Below are positions 1 through 13,036 of a DNA stretch of 53,736 nucleotides, one piece after another. Location of the stretch: NCBI RefSeq assembly GCF_001194135.2, contig NC_069005.1:27137383-27191118 (forward strand). Direction: 5' to 3'. Origin of the DNA: Octopus bimaculoides. Lineage: Eukaryota. The notes below the pieces were generated by a model. The model made no database searches, was not told the origin of the DNA, and saw nothing but the letters and a program-made list of their open reading frames with translations. The number at the start of each line of letters is the position of its first letter. Within the stretch, counting starts at the first letter, position 1. The translations under genes and the position numbers were made by a program.

Positions 1-382
1 CCGTGCAGAGCCAAGCAAGCACATCCTTCTCACTAAGTATGTATTAAAAAAATCCTGTGTGTATAATTGACAATAAACCTATTTGCTAAATATTGTTAAA
101 TAAATAAATGTAAAATTATATGTTATTTTAAGCAAATATTTATGTATAAATTTCATAAGCGTTTATAAGGTAAAGCCTGAAATATAAAGGGGTCCGCAAG
201 CCAAAAAGTTTGAAAACCCCTGGGTTAGACAACTTGGCAAGAGCTGGCAAGCCAGAGGACTGCACCAAGCCCCACCGTCTGTTTTAGCAAGGTTTTTTTT
301 ATGGCCGGTAGCCCTTCCTAGCACCAACTACTTTACAGGATGAGGAAATTAATTAGTTGTAGTAAGACAAACAGATCATTAC

Positions 383-535
383 TTGTAATCTGCTGGTGGT
401 TTATAATCAGCATTCAGCTCAAACGCCTGTTGGATCAACCGATGACGATCTTCTTCCAGTTTTTTCCTGGTACGATAATCTCTGGTGTTTAACCGTTTCC
501 CTTCATGATTATATATTGGTTCAGGGGATGGTGAT
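383..535 (-). CDS. SF1: SF1 coding exon 4 (153 nt): (R)SPSPEPIYNHEGKRLNTRDYRTRKKLEEDRHRLIQQAFELNADYKPPADY(K)
   Basis: Contains the RSPSP phosphorylation motif and the following helical region of SF1. Acceptor is tcttttattccacag|A and donor is AA|gtaatg; phase 2 to 2. Not in the ORF track because it has no ATG. The KH-QUA2 exons lie beyond position 1. Confidence 0.96.
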
Positions 536-1399
536 CTGTGGAATAAAAGAGACGAATCAGCACAGACATAGCGACGTGGTTAGAGTCCAAAGAAATAGAT
601 GGGCAAAAAGGTAAAAACCTCTAAACAGGTGTCAAGGCACTACAGGTGTTAAAAGCTAACAAAAAGGGAATTAAATCTAGAGAGATTTGTGATAATAAAT
701 TAATAAATCTGTTAAATTTACACTACAGCAAAAAAATTTTTTTTAAATAACAACAAAAGCAATTTAAGTAGATTAAGAAGGAAAAAATGTTGGCCAAAAG
801 AATTATGAAATGGTTTTCCTAAAGCTATAATGACTTTCTGTGAACTTATGTTTAAGAGATTTAATATGTTAAGGTGCATGTTAAAAAGAAAGGTAATTAA
901 GGACAAGGGTAAGTTAGTGTAGATATATCGCATAATCTCTACAACAAAAGGTTTCATTTAAGAGAAAAAAAATAAAAATCCAGGCAAAATTCTTTTGGGG
1001 GAAAATACTTATTACAGAATTTAGAAGGGAAAAAATGCTGGTTGCAAGAAGAATATGGCTAGATTACAAGAATGTCAACAATCATAAGTCGGAGATTTTA
1101 ATTAAACAAAAATATTTTAGGAGAAAGCTTGATATCGCAACTTAAAGATTTTCATAAATAAATAAAAAAAATAATAACTTCCTTTTTAATTGCCAATTTT
1201 AGTTTTTGTTTAAATTACCAAAAAAAAAAAAAAAAAAGATGATATCATGTCTGGTAATGTAATTATTATAATTTACCACACCTATAAAATTCCTTTAATT
1301 AAAATATCTTCAATATCCTCAACTGAAGAAAATGACACTGTCTACGTTGAGACGGTAAAGATTTAAAAAGAAGAATGAGATAGTAAAAGATGATAAGCC

Positions 1400-2110
1400 A
1401 AGACAGCAACTATTTGTGATGGTGATGACAGATGACTAACACAATGTACAGATGACTAACACGGCAATTATGTGAGAAGATGAGAAGAGAGTAAGAGTGA
1501 TTAAGGCAGCAACTATTTGAGACAGTGATAGCAATGTATGGATGGTTAATGCAAATATCTGAGAAGCTGAGTTAGCCATCCATACACTGTTACCCCATCA
1601 TCTGAGATGGTATTGTCGTCTTAGCCAGCCATACATTACTATTACAGCCATCTGAAAGAGTTGCTGTCTTTACTATCCTTAAGTCGACAGTCAATATCTC
1701 ATACATTGTCATCACCACCAACTTATTATAATGGCAGTGATTGCAATGTATGGATGACTAAGCAACTATATGAGACAAAAGCTTAAATAACTGTTTAACA
1801 CGGTAGTGACAGCAATACATGGATGGTTAAAACAATATGTGGATGGCCAACACAGTTATTCAGAGGGTGGTAACAGCAATATATGGATGATTAAAGAAGC
1901 AATGTATGGATGGCAAGACAATTATTTGAGGTGGTGAGGATAGCAGGATTTGGAAAACTAAGATAACAGCTATACGCAGTGATGCTGACAGAAATCTATG
2001 GATGACCACAGACTATTTGAGAGAGTAGTGATGACAGCTAGTTATGGATGGTGATGACAAAGTATGGATGGATACGAGAGCAACTATTTCAGATAGTGGC
2101 GGTGACAGCC
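1400..2110. repeat. Degenerate ~40-45 bp minisatellite with a central inverted block (about 1572-1720)
   Basis: GACAGCAATGTATGGATGG..ACAGCAACTATTTGAGATGGTG units recur, and the reverse complement (AGCCATCCATACA..) appears in the middle. Confidence 0.7.
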
Positions 2111-5100
2111 AAGTCAGAATTTAAACCTGATAATGGGTAGTAGATAACTGTAAATCAATTGGACTTTCTGTGTCTTAAAAAAAAAATACGTCCAAGTTGC
2201 TAGAATAAGTAAATTACAAATGAAAAGAAATCTTTGTTATAAATTCCAATGCATTGAAGTCACCTTGCTGAGCAAAAAGACCATCTATTGAACCTAGCAA
2301 CCAACCAAGATGCAGACTAAACCACCACAACAAAAAGACCATGAGAAGAGTTAAAAGGAAAAACTCGAAGATGAAATCAGATGAAATAAATCTACTCTAG
2401 AAGAAACAAACTAAAGTTTGCAACAGAAACTGCACAGAGATAGATTAAATCCTATCAGTTAGCAATTATGTAATGTACCTAAAACAGTTATCTTGTGTAT
2501 ATAAGAGTAGGTGTATGAGTGAATATTAACTTTAAGTGCATGAGAGTGTGTGTATAATATATACACACACACACACACACATCTATACACGTATACACAC
2601 ACACAAGTCTGGGCTCAACTCAATAATAGCTTAAAGTCATTCATTGGAACACAATGTAGTTGAGATCATTTTGAGATTTGCTTGATATATATATACACAC
2701 TTGGTTACCTCAATATACACACAAAGACACTGCACAACTAAGTGTATGTATATAAATGTATTTATGTGTGTGTATGTGTGTGTGTGACTATAATTATGCA
2801 TAATTATAATTCCTGTTATTTTCTGTAATCCTTAGACTGAAAATTCAAAAGACAAGAGAGAGGAACAACCAGAATGTATTATCAGGTTATTTGACAGTCA
2901 TGATGCAAAATGAAGTAAAGTGAATAATTCTTTCTATTATAAGGTATAAGAACCGTAATTTCAGTGGATAGGGATAGTTGATTACATTGACCCCAGTATT
3001 CGACTGGTACTTATTTTATTGACCCTGAAAAGCCGACCTCGACTGATTTTGAACTCAGAACGTAAAAGACAAAACAAAACGCTGCTAAACATTTCGTCTA
3101 GCATGCTAACAATTCTGCGAATTGAAACATTTGGCTACAAAAAGCAATTGCATTATTTCAAGCAATTCCGAATTAAATATCACTGCGAGTTGGTTGATCA
3201 GTTGAGATGTGATCTATAAGACTGTCTAAAATTGGAAAAATTAGGGAGGTGGTTGACATCCAAGAAATAAGGTATTCTAGCACTCAGCTCTATCATCAAG
3301 TAAAATCTGGCTTATCATCATAGATTACAAAGATATAATACCAGCATCATCAAGCAGTATTCCATACAGGATATTTTAAAAGATATATTACACGCATTAT
3401 CATAATAACCATTAAGCAGAAGAACATTCATTTCAAAAATATGTCAAACAATTAAAAATAGTAATCAAAACAGCAAAAAATACCCCCAAATTAAAAGAAA
3501 ATGAGAGGAATGGTTATTATTATTGCCTTTAAAAAAAATTCTCACAAGTTTACTACTGCTACTACTACTACTAATAATAATAATAATAATAATGAAAATA
3601 GGCACCTCTTTGCTACAAGTGTGAAAACAATTGTATAACTGTGGAGTTATATTACTGATTATGCAACAGAGTGAAAAATATGGTGTAGTTTTAAAGCCAT
3701 AATGGAAATCCAATTTTGTATTATATACCACTCAGCAGAAAAGTAACCAGGAGTAAAAGCTGGAAATGGTATTAATTTGACAATTATTAACCTTTTTATT
3801 TCCTACCCAGCCACTACTACTGGAAACTTTCATGGTCTTTCATTACCAACCGACCAGTTACCACTTGTAAAATTACATATTTATATCTAAAGGATCATAT
3901 TAATATAAATTAATTATTTTTCACTAAACGAACACTTCCTGTACATCATCCAACATTTCGTAATGGCATATTGGGAAATTTGTCTTTTGGATAGCTTTTT
4001 TAAAAAAAAGCTTTTTTTATTCCATATTTGTTACCTTTTCGTCTTATCAAGTCTTCCAACTTAGTAACTCGTAATGCAATTCATACACTAAATTGTCAGG
4101 AACGCAGGGGATGCAACTATTTGCAATGCAATTAAGGATAAGCTGTTCATAAGAACAATCACTTGGAAGAAAGGTAAAAGCCTGTTAGAGGATTATCTCT
4201 CTAAATCCAACAGATTTACATAAAAAAATTGAGTAGCTGATGGTTGCAAGTGACTGCGGAGTATGCCAACATCAGTAAAGAAGAGCACCAAGTGGACATT
4301 CAATTTAAACAACTGTCCCACATGCATTCTTTAAGATTGCATTAAGCAGAGAGGATGTTGTACAATTTTTTCCATGAAAGAAATGAGTGTTTGTGTGTGT
4401 GTGTAATTTTACTTTTATAAATTATTTCATTTGTAAATTTACCGTGTTTTCAATTTTTACAAAAATTTTATTTAGCTGAAATTTGAATTTAATCAGTAAG
4501 GTGAGTTACAAAGACTGCTTCATTAATAATATTAATCTTTTAATTTTTCTTTGTGTGTGTGTGTGTGCATGTGGTATCTATGTATACATTTGCAAATTCA
4601 TTTTATTTCATAATTTTCTTCAAACTTTTGGTAAATTCCAGTATTTCAGGCTATTTTCCCTTTATGGAGCACCTTTGTTTATACAAACTAAAATTCTGTT
4701 GTAAATCCAATTCGCAAAACTTTTTAGTACTACAATTACCATATATATATACACATATATATGTATGTATATATATTACGGATGTGCTACTAAGAGTTTT
4801 TTGCTTGGCGATGTGGGTATGGGCAGGTTTTTATAACACACCTTGTGTCTCCAAGCAAGAGAATATTAGCTCATATCTTTGTACTGTGTACATTAAATGA
4901 TATTTATCTATTACTGGATAGAGGACATTTTTGTTGATCTTACCCTAACAGCAAATTCTATTATATATATGTGAACAAAAATTTAAAGAATTCACTGAAT
5001 TTATTTTTAATTAGAGTAGATTTAAGACAAAAATTCGTCTACAGATTTATGTACAAACCATTTTTGCTCCAAACACCGCATCCATATATCACTAAGCAAA

Positions 5101-5508
5101 AAAAGTTACAGTCGTTTAACAAAACTGACTTTAGTTCTTAATTATTTTAGAAATTAATTAAAACATACACATAAAGGGTATGTTTTAGAAATGCTGTAAT
5201 GAAAAATAAATTACTTCTGAAATTCTATTCATAATATTCTTAGACATTTTGAATACCAGCCCATCCAACATTAATTCTGGCTCCATGTTACTAACCCATA
5301 TTCAAATATTTGTATCTAAGTGTTGACCAAAATCCTATCATCTAAATAATAACTATATTTAAGTTATTAAACATTTTCTTTATACTGTTTCAAATACTCC
5401 ACTGAGCCATGGATTTTAAAACAATATAGCAGTTTTATATAATTTACAAATGTTACATCTATAAAAGATTGTCTTTGATTTCATTCCCTGGTTTTATCAG
5501 TTAATTTG

Positions 5509-5544
<36 letters not shown>

Positions 5545-6397
5545 TATGCCTTCAATTTCACTTCATAGTTAAGATAACATTTGTTCTATGTCGACATACA
5601 AACACCATAGCAGAATAATTTTAAGGAAATAAATGCCCTCCCAAGTCTTTAAATTTGTAGACAGAAAGTTTGAAAAAGTTGAATTTAATATCTATGCCTT
5701 AAGTAAATGATAAAATTGAACAGATGTATATTAGAATTATACAAGTTCATTACTACAAGCTTGCAACAGTGGGGGGCAGTAGAATTGGATTTACACGATT
5801 TTTAAACACAGGTGCTACAGACCAACTGCTGTGATACATCATTTTAAATGAGAAAGAAAAAACAGAGACAAGCTGATCATAGCTAGAATACGTTTTGGTC
5901 TGTTCAGTCAGGAATAGGGGGAGGTGGATGAATGCACAACAATCACACATCACCTAATTATCAAGAATATCTTAATCAATCATAAAATGTTGAACTCCGT
6001 CATTAGCTTTACCATCTTCCATGTTTCTGTTTTTAAATTTTTGCTCTCTTACAATAGAGTTAACATAGAATTTCAATATTTGTCTCTGCATTTTTTTTTT
6101 CCTCTCCCACCATAACAGTTGCAGAAGCAATATTGCAGCTGCACAACAGCTTTTGCATAAACACACAATGCAGCCAGCCAGTGTGCTTGCTTTCATTCAA
6201 CAGCTGCATCCTACCCACTGTGCCTTTATACACTTAACACCACTTCGGTATAAGGTGAAATGTCAACAAAACAAACAAACCACTGTACTAAACCCAAACA
6301 ATATTCAAACACCATGGAGGTATAACATCACGTACACGAGTGCAACTACCACAGCTTGAGCCTTTATGTTGTCACTCAACATGCCAGAATTATTGTT

Positions 6398-6683
6398 GGT
6401 GGCACTCCGTCGCTTACGACGTCGAGGGTTCCAGTTGATCCGATCAACGGAACAGCCTGCTCGTGAAATTAACGTGCAAGTGGCTGAGCACTCCACAGAC
6501 ACGTGTACCCTTAACATAGTTCTCGGGGGACATTCAGCGTGATACAGTGTGACAAGGTTGACCCTTTGACTTACAGGCACAACAGAAACAGGAAGTAAGA
6601 GTGAGAGAAAGTTGTGGTGGAAGAGTACAGCAGGGTTCGCCACCATCCCCTGCCGGAGCCTCGTGGAGCTTTAGGTGTTTTCG
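6398..6683 (-). mobile_element. tRNA-head SINE (family B), 5' part lost in a gap
   Basis: GGCACTCCGTCGCTTACGACGTCGAGGGTTCCAGTTGATCCGATCAACGGAACAGCC..., shared with 16534 and 49335. Confidence 0.9.
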
Positions 6684-7446
6684 NNNNNNNNNNNNNNNNN
6701 NNNNNNNNNNNNNNNNNNNNNNNNNNNNNNNNNNNNNNNNNNNNNNNNNNNNNNNNNNNNNNNNNNNNNNNNNNNNNNNNNNNNNNNNNNNNNNNNNNNN
6801 NNNNNNNNNNNNNNNNNNNNNNNNNNNNNNNNNNNNNNNNNNNNNNNNNNNNNNNNNNNNNNNNNNNNNNNNNNNNNNNNNNNNNNNNNNNNNNNNNNNN
6901 NNNNNNNNNNNNNNNNNNNNNNNNNNNNNNNNNNNNNNNNNNNNNNNNNNNNNNNNNNNNNNNNNNNNNNNNNNNNNNNNNNNNNNNNNNNNNNNNNNNN
7001 NNNNNNNNNNNNNNNNNNNNNNNNNNNNNNNNNNNNNNNNNNNNNNNNNNNNNNNNNNNNNNNNNNNNNNNNNNNNNNNNNNNNNNNNNNNNNNNNNNNN
7101 NNNNNNNNNNNNNNNNNNNNNNNNNNNNNNNNNNNNNNNNNNNNNNNNNNNNNNNNNNNNNNNNNNNNNNNNNNNNNNNNNNNNNNNNNNNNNNNNNNNN
7201 NNNNNNNNNNNNNNNNNNNNNNNNNNNNNNNNNNNNNNNNNNNNNNNNNNNNNNNNNNNNNNNNNNNNNNNNNNNNNNNNNNNNNNNNNNNNNNNNNNNN
7301 NNNNNNNNNNNNNNNNNNNNNNNNNNNNNNNNNNNNNNNNNNNNNNNNNNNNNNNNNNNNNNNNNNNNNNNNNNNNNNNNNNNNNNNNNNNNNNNNNNNN
7401 NNNNNNNNNNNNNNNNNNNNNNNNNNNNNNNNNNNNNNNNNNNNNN
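6684..7446. other. Assembly gap (N run)
   Basis: Other gaps: 21150-21263, 21663-21672, 22396-22404, 22802-23552, 28368-28377, 35960-36031, 38243-39078 and 52032-52215. Most abut microsatellites or young repeats. Confidence 0.99.
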
Positions 7447-7525
<79 letters not shown>

Positions 7526-8850
7526 TGAGGAGTCAGCAATTCTTTATTTGGATTAATTTGTAAATATACAATTATATTGTATAATGCTAAATATACACAT
7601 TGGTGCAAACATACGGAAATTAATACATGAATAAAGGCTATGAAACAGGTCTAACTGTATGGAAGTCAAATAGAAAAATAAATATCTTCACCTTTCACAC
7701 CAGACTTTATGCTCTCACACACACACACACACACAGATTTTAATGTATAGGGGGAAAAAGTACTCAATACCCTAACAGAATGTAACAGTTTATTTAGGCT
7801 GCTCCAGGGGTCTGTTACTCTAAAACAACTGTAATAAACCACATAAGATATTTTTTCTAAGATAATTTAAACAGTTCTTAAGAAGTAAACAGATGTTTAA
7901 TACAACAGAGCCCAACAACTGACTTTAAATGCAAATTAAAAATAAAAATTCTAATAGAACAAATTGATTGCAATCTTTGCATGCAGGGTGAGTGGAGACT
8001 ATACTCAGTTTCAGTGACTATACATCACCATTTACAAGCAGCAATCAAGAACTAATTAGATATATTAAGCATCTAAGTATTGGCTTAATCCCTGTTACCA
8101 TATATATATATAGAGAGAGAGAGATTAGAATCTACACTGGAGTAATCTGTACTGTTAAGAGACAGGTCTATACAATGTAATATATGAGATAATTCTACTG
8201 TATAATCCCAAGAATTTTGTTATCTGCCAAAAATTACTGCAATTTTATCTTCTGACATTAAAATAACAGCAACACAATATCTTATTTTAATGAAGGAGGA
8301 AATATATGTTACAACAAATCATATGATATTATCTTTATAACTGTCATTTCCATATGGTTTATGTTGTAATAAGCAATTTTAACAAGCCGGATATGTGTCA
8401 ATCTTTTAAATTAATTATAGCATTTTAACACAGTGACTCTCGACCAAGAGCTGTATGGTTCTCACCAAAGTAAACCATGTTTTAAGGACATAAAAAGAAG
8501 GGGACATTTGTGAACAGCAGAACTGTCTGAAGGGATTGACATACAATTCAAACTGGGAAATGTATCATTTATTTGTTTCAGTCATTAGACTGTGGCCATG
8601 CTGGGGCACCACCTTGAAGAATTTTAGTCAAACTAATTGGCCCTAGTATCTATTTCCTTTTTAAACCTGGTACTTATTTTATCATTATCTTTTACCAAAC
8701 CACTAAGTTACAGACACAAAGACAAACACACACATCTTCTTCATCATCGTTTAACATCTGCTTTCCATGCTGGCATGGGTTGGACGGTTTGACTGAGGAC
8801 TGGCAAGCCAGTAGGCTGTATCAGGCTCCAATCTGATCTGGCATGGTTTC

Positions 8851-8884
<34 letters not shown>

Positions 8885-8954
8885 GTTGGCCAAAAGTCAC
8901 CTGACAGTGAATCAAAATCCTATAAATACTATACATATATATATATATATACAC

Positions 8955-9030
8955 ACTTTATTTAAAAGCAGCAGAAATATAACTAAAAACTGTTACTCGG
9001 AGTTTCACGTTCCCGTTCATCGGACAGCTT
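8955..9030 (-). mobile_element. Possible Penelope-like element terminal fragment
   Basis: Minus strand CTGTCCGATGAACGGGAACGTGAAACTCCGAGT...AATAAA resembles the CTGATGA..GAAAC..AATAAA end motif of PLEs; the fragment is short. Confidence 0.3.
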
Positions 9031-9066
9031 AGTTAGAAATGTTGCACATTTAAGTGCTTACTCCGG

Positions 9067-9098
<32 letters not shown>

Positions 9099-10023
9099 GA
9101 TGCATGATCACCTTATAATTATCTTCAGTATATTTATATTTCAACATCATAAATATTGAACATTGTGTTAGCTCACTACTAGGTACTAACTAGCTACTAA
9201 AATAAAAATACAGAAATAGAATGAAAATATTTGGCAACACCCAGAAAGCCAAAGAATGCAGTACTGGATGTTATAATATCTTTTATGCTTCTAAGCTTTT
9301 TTTTGTTTTTTGAGGGGTTTTTCTGTAAATAAAGTACACATCTACATTCAATACTACTTAGCAGTCCTTATAAGTTACGCGTTTACTGTGTATTTATATC
9401 TTTATAACATTTTTTGTTTGCTAATTCATTGCTTTATCTGCACTGAAATATTTTCAGAAGCTACAACAAGTAATGTTTTTAATCAAGTACAGTTGCAATT
9501 AATAAACATTGAAAACAGTAAAATGCTGTTTTTCAACTACAAGGAGACGAAAGAAATTAGGTTCACAACGCCACTAATGAACAAAACCATTGTTATAAAC
9601 AAATTAGTCGTAACTCAAAATTAACCTTGAAAAAAAAAAAAAATACATAAATAAAAGTGTTCAGTCACCACAAAAGAAATATTAACTAAAGTAACATTTA
9701 AAATAAAATCCTTAAATTTATGTTCATCAATTTTCTTACTGTGAGAAAATAGAGGTTTTTGTAACAGCTATGTCACCAAGCACTTCAACTGTGGATTGTC
9801 TCATCCTGAGACATACCAGAGTATCCTTGGCTAGCATCCATTCTCATTTCTAAGCGTTTCATCATGATCCATATGGCAAATGAAATCACCCTCCCCTCTC
9901 TTCTATATATTGACCAGTCATTTATCGAGCTCAGTCTCAACCAAAACTCTCCTTGATCTCATACTTCACATTCAATCTGGCCGTACTCAACTCATGCCTT
10001 TCCAAGTAAAGTACATCCTGCAT

Positions 10024-10263
10024 CAGTGGTTCTCAACCACTTTGTGCCTAAGGACCTCCTTGATTCCTATTTTACTCTACGGGACCCCTTATAGTCTTTC
10101 GAAGTTTAGAAAATCCTATTATACTTTTATGATTAAATATTAGGAACAACTTCTTTAAAAAAAAAAAGTTTAAATATTTTATGTATTGTAGAAATATAAC
10201 CAATTTATTACAGATAAATTTTTAACAACAAAATTTTACATGGACCCTGGTTGAGAACCCCTA
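10024..10263. mobile_element. hAT-type MITE
   Basis: CAGTGGTTCTCAACC ... GGTTGAGAACCCCT; TSD not clear. Other CAG.GG-type ends occur at about 1-222 and 49204-49323. Confidence 0.75.
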
Positions 10264-11554
10264 TTCTATCCCTTCTTAGAGAGTTATTATGTCAACAGCA
10301 GAAGTAACTCCCTTCCAATCATTACTCGCCTGATACCGTAATCTATACTTTATTCTACAGCTCCTGAATTAACTAAAATTCTTACTACAGGAACAAGAGC
10401 TAAAATTTGGGGGTAGAGGGCTAGTCAAAGGATGATGTTAAAGGGATTGAAAATCAACCATTAAAGGGCATACATGAGAACCCAAAACTCCTTGTACAGA
10501 ACAATACTTGTCCTACTTTTAGTTCCTTCATAAAAGCTCCGCTAATTCTCCAATTCTCACTCCCAGCTGTTTCTTTCCCTATTGAAAAGCACAGATGTAT
10601 GTTAAAAGAACTGATTTAGGTCAATAAATAAACACAAGAGAGAGTTGAAAGTTGCTTGGTCATTGTTAGGTATATACACACCTACACACTATATACATAC
10701 ATATACGTACATAGTGTATGTTTGTGTATATAGCTGTAAGTGGTGTAGAAAGTGTGCGTGTATAACATAAGTGTGCTAACATAAACCATATCAATATTTG
10801 GTTTATCAGTGGCCATTTAAAATTATTTCTGTGAATAATAGAGTGAAAGACGCCAGAGAACTAACCTAACCTAGATGAATTATATTTCTCAATGCATTTC
10901 CACCACACATACATGTAGACGTGGGCCAGTTTTAGGAATTTTAATTTGTAGGTACACACTTAGTGCATCTTATCAACGCTAATTACTTTAGCAGCTAATA
11001 ATTAAGTGTACATATGTAAAACTAAATATCATAATCAATATCTCATAACATTGGTGTATTCATTAACTTAACACTGTTGTATGCGGTGACTATATAACCA
11101 ATGTGCTCGGAGGTGAGAATGGGTTAGATGGGTGTTGATGAAGGGGTATAACACTCCGAAATACGGCATATACACTCATTACCCATTTTTGTCTTCAATC
11201 TCATTGTTTATATCTGACATCTTGATACGAAACGTAGCGAAAATCAGTGCTGACTATAATTTCTATAGAATATCTGCAACAATAACCTTAACAAAATGAA
11301 GTTTTAGGAATAACTGGTTTTGACTTCAAACCTCAGACATTTAAATACAAATGACCACTATTTGGACACTCAACCAGCTAGAAAAATTAACAGAATTCTG
11401 CTTTAGGCACTCCGTATAACCCCTTGTAACTTTTTTTTATTTTGGGAAATTTTCAGAAAATCTTTGCATATTTGTGTTCTATACATGGGAATTCATACAA
11501 TTACGAAAAAGAAAAATTACCACCACTTCCCTCTAACACCTTTGATACCATATT

Positions 11555-11780
11555 ACTGCTGAATACATATTACTGCCTTTGTTTCAATTCATTTTTAAGA
11601 TAATGAAGATTTTAGTAAAATAATTCTGCCCTTATTTTACCTGGTGCTTGAAACTGGACTTAACATGAAATTTAAAGTCGAGTCTAAGTTCAGATTGCTT
11701 TAAAACAGGAAATTTGTATCATAGAACCAAGAGCAGTTTTTGGGTTGGTATCAAAAGTGTTATCAGCCACCTAATTTCTG
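11555..11780 (-). mobile_element. Family F MITE, inverted relative to 13037 and 14125
   Basis: Its reverse complement aligns with the TTTTGATACCAACCC...TTCTATGATACAAA...AATTGAAACAAAGGCAGT consensus. Confidence 0.7.
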
Positions 11781-12102
11781 AGTGCAAACAATAAATCTTG
11801 GAAAGCTTTATTCAAAATGCAGAGCTGAAGAAACATACGAGCATGATTCCATTGTTTACAGTTCTGATAATGGTGCTTCAGCTGCTGCTTGAGTTTTTAG
11901 TGACCAGATGCACCAATAAATACATCAGGTAGAATGTATTTTTCAAGAAACAGATGAATTCATTAATAAACAACAACCTGTCATTGATAGCAGTAATGCA
12001 TCTGCTGCACAAGTAATCACTGTATTGACCAGAACTACCAGACGCTGTTTCACCCTGCTGGTCATGATGCACTTCCAAGTTTTGTTCTCAATTGCATCAT
12101 AC

Positions 12103-12166
12103 CTTGCTGGGCCCAACGTGTTGCACAAGTAACAATGTTCTTAATAACTTTTCATTTTGAATCAGT
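12103..12166 (-). other. Candidate 64-nt frameshifting (poison) cassette exon in SF1 intron 3
   Basis: Acceptor gattaatctcctttctgtgccacag| and donor CAGCAAG|gtatga, within non-repetitive sequence. The exon is open in the exon-3 frame (RLIQNEKLLRTLLLVQHVGPSK) but shifts exon 4 to ATC ACC ATC CCC TGA. Confidence 0.45.
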
Positions 12167-13036
12167 CTGTGGCACAGAAAGGAGATTAATCACTTGAACC
12201 AAACTCATTTCTGACAAAACAACCATAACCAACAAGGAAAGATTCATTGCCTAGCGGAGTGGACACCTATCCTACTGTAATCCAAATACTGTTCTCCCAT
12301 GTATATTATAAATTTATGATGACAATGGATTTTATTTATATAGCAAGCATGCTTAACCTATTAGCATTTAAAATGGTCACATCCAGCCCAAATATTCTAC
12401 TTGTTTTATGTTCAAACTGACCCGAACCAACCTTTCATACCTACCTATAATGTCATTCTAGAAATAAACAATCACATTGAAATCTCCAAGATAATGTGTG
12501 ATTAATTCAAAACAATGTGAGTAAGCATTACATGTGACAGGATAATCCATATATTAAAGGATTATGCTTATGTTTGTCATATGTTACATATTTTTGTTTT
12601 TCTATAGTTAGAGCATATGAACTGGTATTCTATCGACCAAGATTCAAATCCTGGTGATAGCATAGTTTGCAGTGGGTCATATATTTAAAAAATATTCATA
12701 ATTATTAAATTAGCTCCAGTTACAACTTAGCCCAATAATCATCATCTCGTCATCTCTCATTTGTGCATTTAAAACTTTTTAATGGAAACCATGAAAGGAA
12801 TATGAAAGAATAAAGAACACAAACACTAGTAAACAGATTCATTCGTGAGGCAATATGTAATAGAATGTACACTTCTGAGAAGATGAAAAATAATTTTAAA
12901 TGTTTTATAAATCAAATACATGCAAAAAAAAAAAAATAAGATATCAGTTCAGTTTTAAATGCTTAACAATACATCTCAATAGTGATTAAAAAGAAACATA
13001 ATGAAAACAAAATATTTAATAAAAATGTAGCATTAA

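Noticed and set aside
660-1260. Very AT-rich segment and ORF 718-957 as a possible NUMT
   Set aside because: No recognisable mitochondrial protein, rRNA or tRNA motif.
6534-7608. Long ORFs made of X residues (also 22771-23562, 38081-39227, 51946-52503)
   Set aside because: They are translations of N gaps and (TA)n tracts.
11820-11930. + strand ELKKHTSMIPLF resembling the NDUFA4 N-terminus (KKHPSLIPLF)
   Set aside because: Similarity stops after about 12 residues, with no start codon or downstream match; probably chance.
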